Origin: Sulfolobales archaeon HS-7
GTDB lineage: Archaea; Thermoproteota; Thermoprotei_A; Sulfolobales; Sulfolobaceae
Direction: 5' to 3'
Assembly: GCA_019704295.1 (NCBI GenBank)
Contig: AP024596.1
Coordinates: 352,001 to 416,000 of the forward strand
Length of the DNA: 64,000 nucleotides
Made by a program: the position numbers and the translations under genes. This document shows positions 21,111 through 30,219 of the stretch, piece after piece (position 1 is the first letter of the stretch; the number at the start of each line of letters is the position of its first letter). The notes under the pieces are model-generated. The model worked only from the letters and a program-made list of their open reading frames with translations, was not told the origin of the DNA and made no database searches.

Positions 21111-22025
21111 ATGTCAATTGTTTCGGATAGGCAGGCATTACAAGACCTTAAGACCCTATTTTTATATTTCATCATAATGGGAATTATATCTATTGTATCA
21201 GCATTTCTTGGTATTGCCTCAATAGTGAATTTCATAATAGTATTTTTTGTGATCAGGAACACATACCTTAGGACCTTCCAGTCGTTTGCGCAACTCGGAA
21301 GGAATACACAATATGTGAATTACGGTTACTATGGACTTCTGGGAGGATATGGTTTGGGATTTATTGGAGGGATATTTTCGCTTATTGCAGCTGCATTAGT
21401 TTTTGTTAGTCCGTTTGCAGTATATGCTGTAGGTCTTGTGGGCACAATATTTAGTACTTTAGGAATACTTGGTGTGATCGTAGGATTTATACTAGTAGGA
21501 ATAACAATATATTACTGTACACAGCCATATGGAGAGGATCTGTTGAAATTCTCAGGTATAATAATCGCCATTCCTTTTCTGTGGTTTATCGGTTCAATAA
21601 TTGGGTATATCTCCGTTGACGGAGTTATTAACAGATTAGGTCAATACGGGGGTTACCAGCAATTTCCTCCACAGATGGGACAGGTCCCTCCTCCGACCCC
21701 TCAATATCCTCAACAGCCAGTGATTCAGCCTTCATCGCTAAACGCTGTGTATCAAACTGGACAGGGAAGGATCGACTCAGCGGGTAATGCGTATTTTTCA
21801 CTATATTCCACCGTAGGGAACATATCAATTACTAACGTCATCATTGATGAAACAGGAACTAGCGTAATTCCAAATACGATTTATCCAATGACGTTAGGTG
21901 TAGGACCTAACAACGTTACTGCAAAATTCGGAAACATACCTAATTATCAAATGGGGAAAAGTTATCAGTGTACGGTTTCATTGAGTAACGGTATGCAGAT
22001 AAAAGTAATCCTCATAAGTAGCTAA
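21111..22025 (+). CDS. DUF973-like membrane protein with P/Q-rich linker and C-terminal beta domain
   Basis: Several hydrophobic segments, then QQFPPQ...PQQP, then a VYQTGQGRI domain. Confidence 0.7.
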   Translation: MSIVSDRQALQDLKTLFLYFIIMGIISIVSAFLGIASIVNFIIVFFVIRNTYLRTFQSFAQLGRNTQYVNYGYYGLLGGYGLGFIGGIFSLIAAALVFVSPFAVYAVGLVGTIFSTLGILGVIVGFILVGITIYYCTQPYGEDLLKFSGIIIAIPFLWFIGSIIGYISVDGVINRLGQYGGYQQFPPQMGQVPPPTPQYPQQPVIQPSSLNAVYQTGQGRIDSAGNAYFSLYSTVGNISITNVIIDETGTSVIPNTIYPMTLGVGPNNVTAKFGNIPNYQMGKSYQCTVSLSNGMQIKVILISS

Positions 22026-22034
22026 AAGCCTTTA

Positions 22035-23510
22035 TTAACTTTTTATTAAATTTGAACAAAGATTTTCTATTGAATTAGATGAAGGTCTAAGTTCGGCAAC
22101 TGGATTGATTAGGGAAGAAATTACTTCCCAGATTATTCCCTTTTCTCTACTAATTGTCCAATACGTCTCGTTCACGAGCCTTTGGGCCTCATCTATCAAA
22201 TGTTGTGGATCGTCTTGTTTGCTCAAGATCTTTTCATAGATTTCGCTCAATTGCTCGTTGAGTAACTTTCCCGTAAGTAATGTATAACCTGTTGCACCAA
22301 GGGAATACATATCCGCAGATGCAGCTATTCCTTTCTTTTCTAAAGTCGCTTTCACCTGTTCTAACGATACATAAGCTGGGGTGAAGAAGTCTATAGTTTC
22401 TCCGATTTTCCTTATTGAAGTCCAGTCCCCTAGTGCTACATCAGTCTTTCTCAAGTTTGTAAGTACTTCCTCTACTGTGTCCCCTAGGTAGGTTGAGAAT
22501 AGAATATTTTGAGGTTTTACATCGCCGTGAACGTAGCCGGCTGAATGGAGCTTAGTTAATTCCGAAGCAGTTCTGCAAATTATCATAAGAACGCCCTCTT
22601 CCCATTCCTTACTCTCGTAAAACCTCTTTTCTATAAACTGATATGCATCACCCCCCTCCATGTAATATGCGATCAGTACTCTATCTATACCGTAATTTTT
22701 AAGGACCTTGTCCCTTATCTTCCCTACGTAAACTAGAGGAATTGTCCCTGGAGTTCTTGCCTTCGAAACCTTCTCTACTTCGCTTTTCGCTGAATAAGTT
22801 ATAGGGATTTTCAAGAAATATTTCTTACCTTTTTTCTCCGCCACGTATGAGTAAAAATCCTTCCCCTGTTGAATAAGCGAGATTACAGTATAGTCCATTA
22901 TTCGCTTGCCAAGAAGCGAATCAGGAGTAAGAGCCATTGTTTCATTATAACCGCGTTGTATATTTACTAAGCTTTGACCTGAGACTGATGAATAGAATGC
23001 TGACGATAGAGTAGAGGAAAGCGCACCCACCGTTACAATGTAAGGCAAAATACCGTCATTAAGGTTAAGCTCAAACGTGATCGCCGAAAGGGAAAGGAGA
23101 CCCAACCCCACTACAGCTAAGAACATTGAGAGAATTTCATTCCCGGGAAGGGGAAAATTATAATTTAATGTGTAAAAAGTGGTAAATACAAGTATTGCGA
23201 TCAGAACTCCCTCAAAGATAATGGATACAAACGGAATGTCTTCCCTGAGTTGCGAGAAAATAAATAATCCAACGTCCGAGTAAAGAATGACATAACCCGC
23301 GATTAGAAGATTTCTAAAAGTAGGTCTTGTCACAGTCGTAAGGAAAATACCAACGATAGCGTAAATGAAAAAAGAGAAAAAAACTAAATCAATATCAGCT
23401 TGCTGAATTCCGTCAACTATATTGAGGGGGGAAGTATAGAATACGAATAAGAATAAAATTACACAGGAGACGAGATTAGTTATCCTTACCCAGGAATACA
23501 AGAAATACAC
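22035..23510 (-). CDS. membrane-anchored Hanks-type Ser/Thr protein kinase (5' end probably frameshifted)
   Basis: N-terminal TM helices; YFLKIP, HGDVKPQNILF, FTPAY, DMYSLG. Confidence 0.85.
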   Translation of the reverse strand: MYFLYSWVRITNLVSCVILFLFVFYTSPLNIVDGIQQADIDLVFFSFFIYAIVGIFLTTVTRPTFRNLLIAGYVILYSDVGLFIFSQLREDIPFVSIIFEGVLIAILVFTTFYTLNYNFPLPGNEILSMFLAVVGLGLLSLSAITFELNLNDGILPYIVTVGALSSTLSSAFYSSVSGQSLVNIQRGYNETMALTPDSLLGKRIMDYTVISLIQQGKDFYSYVAEKKGKKYFLKIPITYSAKSEVEKVSKARTPGTIPLVYVGKIRDKVLKNYGIDRVLIAYYMEGGDAYQFIEKRFYESKEWEEGVLMIICRTASELTKLHSAGYVHGDVKPQNILFSTYLGDTVEEVLTNLRKTDVALGDWTSIRKIGETIDFFTPAYVSLEQVKATLEKKGIAASADMYSLGATGYTLLTGKLLNEQLSEIYEKILSKQDDPQHLIDEAQRLVNETYWTISREKGIIWEVISSLINPVAELRPSSNSIENLCSNLIKS

Positions 23511-23512
23511 AC

Positions 23513-23683
23513 CTATGCAGATAGGAAGAGGAGTAGTACCAGGATCAGAAACGATACGAATAGCGTTATTGGTATGAAGGTGGCGAATTCTAATCTATTA
23601 GCCGCCCTTAACCCAAGTCCTGCACCAACTAAGATTATAAGGACAACGGTAAATGGTATAGCCTCACTGGGAATCGGTATCAT
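23513..23683 (-). CDS. 56-aa hydrophobic ORF, probably the true N-terminus of the kinase in a shifted frame
   Basis: ATG 23683 is 4 bp after the vWA stop and has GGAG upstream. Translation: MIPIPSEAIPFTVVLIILVGAGLGLRAANRLEFATFIPITLFVSFLILVLLLFLSA*. Confidence 0.55.
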   Translation of the reverse strand: MIPIPSEAIPFTVVLIILVGAGLGLRAANRLEFATFIPITLFVSFLILVLLLFLSA

Positions 23684-23687
23684 CTTC

Positions 23688-24743
23688 CTACTCCTTTCTC
23701 ATCGTCTGAGTAATTTGGGAAAGGTCCGTTTTAGGATCTCCGGTAAGCCTCTGAGTCGTCTGTATTAGATCATACCGCATCGTCATTTGAGCTGTCGCCT
23801 TTAACTGTTCCAGCGTCTGTGACGATGCTTTACCCTGTTCCAATTCTCTTGAATACTTTCTAAGTAAATCGTAAAACTGGATCTCTGCTGCCAATTGTTG
23901 ATTTACAACCGGAATGTCCCCCCTCCCTATATTATAGGGAAGATTGATAACACCATGAGCGTTATTTACTGCTGGATCCTCAAAGACTAGCTGAAAGAGG
24001 CCACGAGCTTCTTGAGTTCCAGGCGGTACTTTTAGAAATCCTATTATCTGAATGAAGTCGCTTACAATGGGGAACTTTATCGGTAAATCGACATTAATTG
24101 GTATGAACTCCTTTGGTGAAATAACTTCTAAATTAATCGCGTAAGCTTGGGACGATTGAGATGCAAAGAGTCGTGGAAGCTCCTGTGGATTCTCCACATG
24201 ATGAAATATTCCCTTCGTTGAATCAGCTATTCTCTTTAATATTACCTCATTGTAATCCCTTCCTATTCCGATCGTTATCGCCTGAATATTAGGAGGTAAA
24301 AGCGAATCATAGTTATCTGGATATTTCTTATCGGTCGGCTGCCCATCTGTTAACACGATCAATTTAGTTGGGTAATTTCCAACTTCTCTGCTTACGACCT
24401 TTAGAGCGGTATGAAGTTTTGTCTCGGGTTCGGGAGCAAGTGGAGGCAGTTGTACGGGAACCCCTGACGGTCCCTCATAAAGCTTTACGACTTTTCCCGC
24501 GAACTTGTATACTGCAACGACATTTCCAGGGGGGAGCTGTGATATTATTGAGGAGGCAGTCATAAGAGCCGTTTGGAGCTTGTAACCAGCCATCGAGTTA
24601 CTAACGTCGATCAGTATTATGACCTTAGTGTTTTTGATCACCTCTCCTCTTTCTGGAACTATTGCAATTCTAACTCCTACGGGAGTTTCGACTTTCTTAA
24701 CAACCACTGTGTGCGTTAAGTCCAATCTCCCCAATATTGTCAT
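23688..24743 (-). CDS. vWA domain protein, ArnB/vWA2-like
   Basis: MIDAS DVSNS, LTDGQPTD, GIGRDYNE, Thr-rich helical tail LIQTTQRLTGDPKTDLSQITQTMR. Confidence 0.88.
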   Translation of the reverse strand: MTILGRLDLTHTVVVKKVETPVGVRIAIVPERGEVIKNTKVIILIDVSNSMAGYKLQTALMTASSIISQLPPGNVVAVYKFAGKVVKLYEGPSGVPVQLPPLAPEPETKLHTALKVVSREVGNYPTKLIVLTDGQPTDKKYPDNYDSLLPPNIQAITIGIGRDYNEVILKRIADSTKGIFHHVENPQELPRLFASQSSQAYAINLEVISPKEFIPINVDLPIKFPIVSDFIQIIGFLKVPPGTQEARGLFQLVFEDPAVNNAHGVINLPYNIGRGDIPVVNQQLAAEIQFYDLLRKYSRELEQGKASSQTLEQLKATAQMTMRYDLIQTTQRLTGDPKTDLSQITQTMRKE

Positions 24744-24953
24744 TGAATATTCACTGTGGTTTAATTGTTATTGATCAACAAAAAGCTTTTTCCCAGTGAA
24801 ATTTTTTCCTGTAAACCAGAGTAGTATATATTACGACACTTTCCCAAATTTTAGGAATTCTCTAGCGTTTTTAGTAAAGCAATTGAGACTTCCAACTCCA
24901 GATAGGACGTTTTAAAAGGGATTTACGTTATTTGCGAAAATTCAGGAAAGCAG

Positions 24954-25217
24954 TTAGAAGCCCTCCTTAAGACAGTATTCCGTTCTCTCTATTAAGGTGA
25001 GGAGTTCTTCAGTGGGAAGTGTTGGTAGAAAGATATCCCAGACTTCATCAGGCAACGCAGGTTGCGTAATAATTGCCCTTATAATTTGCTTGCACATCCC
25101 GTCAAAATCGTCTACAGTTAATTGGTTTTCATCCATGTAGTTACTTACATAACCCTTAAGCATAGTCATGGCCAGAAGGGGCTTTCCTATTCTAGCTGCG
25201 TTATATATTTCCTCCAT
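24954..25217 (-). CDS. small hypothetical protein
   Basis: ATG 25217 (MEEIYNAARIGKPLLAM...). The ORF-track extension to 25256 is probably promoter sequence. Confidence 0.65.
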   Translation of the reverse strand: MEEIYNAARIGKPLLAMTMLKGYVSNYMDENQLTVDDFDGMCKQIIRAIITQPALPDEVWDIFLPTLPTEELLTLIERTEYCLKEGF

Positions 25218-25254
25218 AAGAGATAATCGGGAGTGTAAGGAAAAGAATTTTTCC

Positions 25255-25430
25255 AAAAAGTGTCCGTTGCCCTCATGGATCGGCTTTCAGTGTCTTTACT
25301 ATGCCAGATAGCCTCACAGGTACTAAGGTTGTTCCCTCGAGCATGTGAGACATTATCCTTATGCCATTAGATGAGGTAATGGCGTACAACGTAGCTTAGA
25401 AGTGGGTAAGACGCTTTCCCTTTATTAGGT
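25255..25430 (-). ncRNA. candidate structured ncRNA
   Basis: GC-richer intergenic segment with several nested stems whose wobble pairs mostly work on the minus strand. TTTATC upstream (25455-25460) and a T-run at the 3' end (25255-25259). Confidence 0.5.
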
Positions 25431-25540
25431 ATCGTTAACATATTACTTCAGACTGATAAACAAATATGGGGGGCATCCGTAAACATTAGAATTTCTTATC
25501 GCGTTAACAATTCTTAAGATAAATCACGCGATAAAGAGGA

Positions 25541-26434
25541 TTATGCCAATGTATGATTCCGATTAAAGACTCTGATCAGTAGTCTCTGAAACATTGGTAC
25601 TTCTTCTCTTGATATTACTTTCCCTTTCCCTACAGAGAGTTTTGCGACTTCCTTAGGATCTACGTTAAATAACTTCGTCACCCCTATTCCATCTATGTAA
25701 AAGGCGTAGGGAGGTTCTATTTTATTAATTAACTCTATGACGAAATCTACATCTTTGCATAAGAGGTAGGTCGACTCAGCGTCACTCTCCTCAATGAAGG
25801 TTACTCCATCATCAAATACATAATGTTTGATTTCTTTTGCCTCATCAAACGTGACGTGTACTGTAAACACCTTTTCGTAAGATAATATTAACGATAGCGG
25901 TCCAAGTTTTCTCAGTTTGGCAATTTCCCCACTTACGTCTTCTTTCTTCAATATTCTCTCGCCAGTGAAAGTTCGTTCAGGTTTTTTGTAAAGCCTCATG
26001 ATTACTTTAGTGATCACGCCGATACGTCCCTTACTTCCAGCAATATATCTGGAGAGAAGAAGTTTACCGTTGGGGAGAACGCTTCTCGCGCTGATCAGGT
26101 TCTGAAAAGGCGTTCCATACTTAGTTGATAGAGTTGAAGGTTCATTAAGGGCTACTAGCCCCCCTATCGTACCAGAGTAAAGAGCTGGGAGTAGAAGGTT
26201 TTTCTCCGAGGCCGACTTTCTTATGTCATCTACTAACGTTCCTGAAAAGGCCTCAACCCTGTCTTCAAATATTTCGAACTTGCTTAACTTCGTAGTGTAT
26301 ATTTCGACGTCAACGTCCTTGAATTTCGAGTGTCTACCTGTGCCTAGAATAGCTACCTTCTCCCCTTTCTCCCCAGCCTCCACTAGCACCTTTGCTATCT
26401 CTTTCTCATCAGTAACAGCTATCTTTGATACCAC
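25541..26434 (-). CDS. FAD-binding oxidoreductase subunit (GlcE-like)
   Basis: GTIGGLVALN, GSKGRIGVIT; truncated FAD_binding_4 protein. Confidence 0.75.
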   Translation of the reverse strand: MVSKIAVTDEKEIAKVLVEAGEKGEKVAILGTGRHSKFKDVDVEIYTTKLSKFEIFEDRVEAFSGTLVDDIRKSASEKNLLLPALYSGTIGGLVALNEPSTLSTKYGTPFQNLISARSVLPNGKLLLSRYIAGSKGRIGVITKVIMRLYKKPERTFTGERILKKEDVSGEIAKLRKLGPLSLILSYEKVFTVHVTFDEAKEIKHYVFDDGVTFIEESDAESTYLLCKDVDFVIELINKIEPPYAFYIDGIGVTKLFNVDPKEVAKLSVGKGKVISREEVPMFQRLLIRVFNRNHTLA

Positions 26435-26702
26435 ACTTTATTTTTAGTTCAAAATTACTTATAAACAAGAACTCTTTATAGAGAAGACAGTTCATTGATT
26501 TTATCACTCTCCTCTCTAGTTTATACGCGAATGCCCAATTAATATTTGAAGGATTATATAATTTAAATATTAGTTAATATGTATAAAAACTCTAAATATT
26601 TCGTAATATAATCCTTACATTCAAATACGCTTACCTAGTTGATTAGAGAAGATATTATGAAATGAGGATAGTAATTAGATTAATCAATCATTAAGAAGCA
26701 TA

Positions 26703-27665
26703 CTATATCTGAACTTTACTATCTACGAAGAGGTACTTGCGTAGTCTCGTCTCTGGTATCCTCGTTAAATATTCTCTCATTTGCGATATGAGATCATCTC
26801 TCATTCCCTCATCCACCATTTCTCCTCCGTAGACTATACCCCCTATAACTGCATAGTAACCGAAAAACATCTTCAAATTAAGGCCTTCTAATAATTTTCT
26901 TGTAATCTGTGACCTCATGACACCCCCGACAATTGACACTCTATCAACTGTCCTCCTTAATCGCAAAATAACTGCTTTTATATATTCCGCGTTTTCATAA
27001 ATTACCTTCAGCGCTATCCTATCGCCATTTTGTGCTAGTTTATCAATAACTGGGGCAAAGCTTGCTATTTTCCTCTTGTCCTTTTCCTTCGTCAGGAAGG
27101 TCACTGCTTCCCTGAAAGGTAAACCCGAAAACCTCTCCAGCGCGTAAGGAATTTCACTGTCCTCCTCTAATCCATCAATTACGCGGGTGGCGTAAATGAT
27201 AGCCCTCTTTGAAATATTTATTGCCGAGCCTTCATCACCGAAAATCCATCCCCATCCCCCTATCCTTTTTAAATTTCCGTTAAGTTGAATAAACCCCACG
27301 CTTCCCGTTCCAGGGGCGAAAACTCCACCGTCGTAATTCAGATTGCTCATCCTATAACATCCTACACCGTCGTTCACTACCAAGGAGTTAGTTATAATTC
27401 CCTTTGCTAATTCCGTTCCAATTCTGGTAAATTCCTCTGAATCCCCTATTCCAGCTAATGCGAAAACCCCCCTTTCGATATCTGAAATTTTTGCTGAACT
27501 CCATGATAGGGCCTCGTTTATAGCCTCCATTACGTTACTTCTAGCGTTACTAATACCGACTTCGGTAAAGTTTCCAGAGCCTCCTAATCCCACCCCTAGG
27601 ATCTCTCCACTACGATAAATTACGGCTACGGTTTTAGTAGCTCCACCATCAACTGCAAGTAACAT
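26703..27665 (-). CDS. BadF/BadG/BcrA/BcrD family sugar kinase (GlcNAc kinase-like)
   Basis: VDGGATKT, VVND, PGTGS, GGWGWIFGDEGS. Confidence 0.88.
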   Translation of the reverse strand: MLLAVDGGATKTVAVIYRSGEILGVGLGGSGNFTEVGISNARSNVMEAINEALSWSSAKISDIERGVFALAGIGDSEEFTRIGTELAKGIITNSLVVNDGVGCYRMSNLNYDGGVFAPGTGSVGFIQLNGNLKRIGGWGWIFGDEGSAINISKRAIIYATRVIDGLEEDSEIPYALERFSGLPFREAVTFLTKEKDKRKIASFAPVIDKLAQNGDRIALKVIYENAEYIKAVILRLRRTVDRVSIVGGVMRSQITRKLLEGLNLKMFFGYYAVIGGIVYGGEMVDEGMRDDLISQMREYLTRIPETRLRKYLFVDSKVQI

Positions 27666-27721
27666 AAGGCTGTTATCCTCCAGAAGAAAATATTATTTTT
27701 CTATCGTCAAGGATATGGGTA

Positions 27722-28618
27722 ATGATAGAGAAAATAGTAACAACCGAACCAGCATCAACGGAAATAGTAATTTACCTTGACGGCAAGGAGAGATTAAAAG
27801 GTATTCCTGACAAATGTCACTTCCCTGGATTAGAAAGCATACCTAAAGTTGTGAAGAATTCCATAGATATTCCTCAAAACCTCCCATCAAGAGAGATTGA
27901 TATGATAGTAACAAATGCTGTGAAAAGAGGGATATCTCCATACGTAGTGGATTTTTCGTTGATAGCCCAAATCGACCCTGATCTTATCGTAGGTCAGTCG
28001 CTATGTTCGGCCTGTGCCCACTCTCTTGACTCTCCTCTAAAAGGAGTAGAAATATTCATGCCAGGAAAATTAAAGGTCTCGCTAGTATATTCACATTCCC
28101 CCACTACATATTTCGGAGTAGCAAAGAGTATTTTCAAGTTATCGAAAATTTTAGGGAGAGAGGAGAAAGGGGAAATCATTCAAGAGGAATTTAGTAAAAT
28201 GTTGGGAGAGATAAAGGGATTGGGAAAAGGATTGAAAATCGCTTTTATAGAGTGGCTTGACCCGATTTATTTTGCAGGACTATGGGTATCCGATCTAATT
28301 TTAAGGAGTGGTGCAAGGCCAATTATTGACGGCTTCGGAAGGATTGGAAAGTATGATGAATTGCTAGAATTTAATCCAGATATTTTGGTAATAGCGCCAT
28401 GCGCATTCAGTGTAGAGCGGACAATGAGGGAGATCAAGGTTTTGACTCAAAGGAACAAATGGGGTGAAATTCGCGCCGTCAGTAAAGGCGAGGTATATGT
28501 ATTCGACGGAACAATATCTTCCAACCCCACTCACGATTTAATAAAGTTGGGCAAATTTTTGTTAAACGTACTCAGCGGACAAAAGGTTGATAATAGCGTA
28601 GCTCAGATACTGGAGTAG
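27722..28618 (+). CDS. BtuF/TroA-fold substrate-binding-like protein without signal peptide
   Basis: IVTTEPASTEI, DPDLIV.QSLCSAC, EWLDP, NPDILVIAPC. Confidence 0.75.
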   Translation: MIEKIVTTEPASTEIVIYLDGKERLKGIPDKCHFPGLESIPKVVKNSIDIPQNLPSREIDMIVTNAVKRGISPYVVDFSLIAQIDPDLIVGQSLCSACAHSLDSPLKGVEIFMPGKLKVSLVYSHSPTTYFGVAKSIFKLSKILGREEKGEIIQEEFSKMLGEIKGLGKGLKIAFIEWLDPIYFAGLWVSDLILRSGARPIIDGFGRIGKYDELLEFNPDILVIAPCAFSVERTMREIKVLTQRNKWGEIRAVSKGEVYVFDGTISSNPTHDLIKLGKFLLNVLSGQKVDNSVAQILE

Positions 28619-28712
28619 AGCTAGCGAACCTGCTTTGGGTAAATACAGTTTCTTTACGAAGAAACCTGCAAATCTTATAAAGTTTATATTTCAGCGAGTA
28701 TTCTTTACATAG

Positions 28713-29120
28713 ATGCACTCAAGTGTCAGTCTGCTAACATCATTCCTGATATTATTATTGTCATTCGTAATCGTGTTAATAATAATATCGATGCCAGTGT
28801 ACTTTGCCTCTAAGATGATCTCCAAGAGAAGTTCGTTAACAAGGGCAATAATAGCAAGTATTGGAGGATTGACAATTTATTTCATATTAAGGGTGATAAC
28901 TTCACCTCTACCTTTCGTATTCAGCTTCGTTTTGGCCTTCCTCGGATTACTCTTCATATTCAAGATTACTTTTGAGACTTCTTGGATAGGCGCACTTGGA
29001 ATAGCTTTCTTATCACTTGTATTCGTTATAATTGTTACGACCGCTGTTATTTTCATATTAATTTCCTTGGGTCTCATCGCGCCTCACTTAGCACGATTAA
29101 TTCCATTTTTCCCTCTTTAG
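28713..29120 (+). CDS. small four-TM membrane protein
   Basis: Hydrophobic 135-aa ORF; TTTATA upstream. Confidence 0.7.
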   Translation: MHSSVSLLTSFLILLLSFVIVLIIISMPVYFASKMISKRSSLTRAIIASIGGLTIYFILRVITSPLPFVFSFVLAFLGLLFIFKITFETSWIGALGIAFLSLVFVIIVTTAVIFILISLGLIAPHLARLIPFFPL

Positions 29121-29325
29121 TAATTAATGTTAGGCAGTGCTAATCCTTTATCTCTCTCACGGATTAAACTGGTTACTTAAGGTAAGCTCTGGTATTTAAT
29201 TATATAACCTGTAACCCCTCTTATCATTCTGTATAATTTGTATAAACTGTATATTCTCAGGCTTCTTGATATGGATTCGATAAAAGAAAAAAGATATAAG
29301 TAAAAATCTCTCCATTAGAAAGTGT

Positions 29326-30219
29326 ATGATAATTGTAGGCGTTGATGCGGGAGGAACTAAAACTATAGCAGGAGCTTATACATGCGAAGGTGAGAAAATT
29401 GGCGAGGGTCTAGCGGGACCAGGGAACTATCACAACGTAGGAATTGAAAAAGCAATAGGAAACGTGAGGACGGCGGTCATGGCTTCAACGGGAGGAAAAA
29501 TCCCCGATTTCCTAGGAATAGGGATGGCAGGATTAGACACTAAAAAGGACTTTGACTTAGTCAGACCTTTGGTAAAGACCCTAGCAAAAAACGTAATCAT
29601 CGAACACGACGGATTTGCGGATCTGTTCGGAGAAACGGGAGGGAAAGCGGGGGTACTAACTATAGCAGGTACGGGAAGCGTTGTTGTTGGTCTAGACAAC
29701 CAGGGAAATAAATTTAGGATAAGTGATTGGGGGTGGTTACTAGGTGATGAAGGCTCGGCCTATTATATAGGAAGGGAAGCCTTAAGGGAAACAGCAGCTA
29801 TGCTCGATGGGAGAAAGTCCAGATCTATTCTCGCCGACTACGTACTTGAAAAGACAGGTGCAGGGGATATAGAAGAACTTGTAAGTTGGGCCTACACCGG
29901 GCCACCGAGTATTGACGAGATTGCATCCCTTAGTGCTGCTGTTGACAGAGCTGCAAACGAGGGCGATGAAGACGCAATAGGTATATTAAACCAGGCGGCA
30001 AGCAGTTTAGCTAGCTCTGCGGTAAATCTAGCTAAGAGGTTGCAGGTTAGGGAAATATTTGTGAAAGGAGGTGTATTCTCTTCAACTGTATATATGAGGT
30101 TCTTTTCATCCTACGTTGAAGCTAGGGGAATTTCAATAAGAAGGACATCTAAGGTAATGTATAAAGGAGGACTCATCATGGCTTCTATGAAAGCTGGTTG
30201 TAACATTAGTTTAGAGTGA
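29326..30219 (+). CDS. broad-specificity hexokinase (S. tokodaii StHK-like, BadF/BadG family)
   Basis: MIIVGVDAGGTKT...GPGNYHNVG...AGTGSVV...VDRAANEGD, closely resembling StHK as remembered. Confidence 0.85.
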   Translation: MIIVGVDAGGTKTIAGAYTCEGEKIGEGLAGPGNYHNVGIEKAIGNVRTAVMASTGGKIPDFLGIGMAGLDTKKDFDLVRPLVKTLAKNVIIEHDGFADLFGETGGKAGVLTIAGTGSVVVGLDNQGNKFRISDWGWLLGDEGSAYYIGREALRETAAMLDGRKSRSILADYVLEKTGAGDIEELVSWAYTGPPSIDEIASLSAAVDRAANEGDEDAIGILNQAASSLASSAVNLAKRLQVREIFVKGGVFSSTVYMRFFSSYVEARGISIRRTSKVMYKGGLIMASMKAGCNISLE

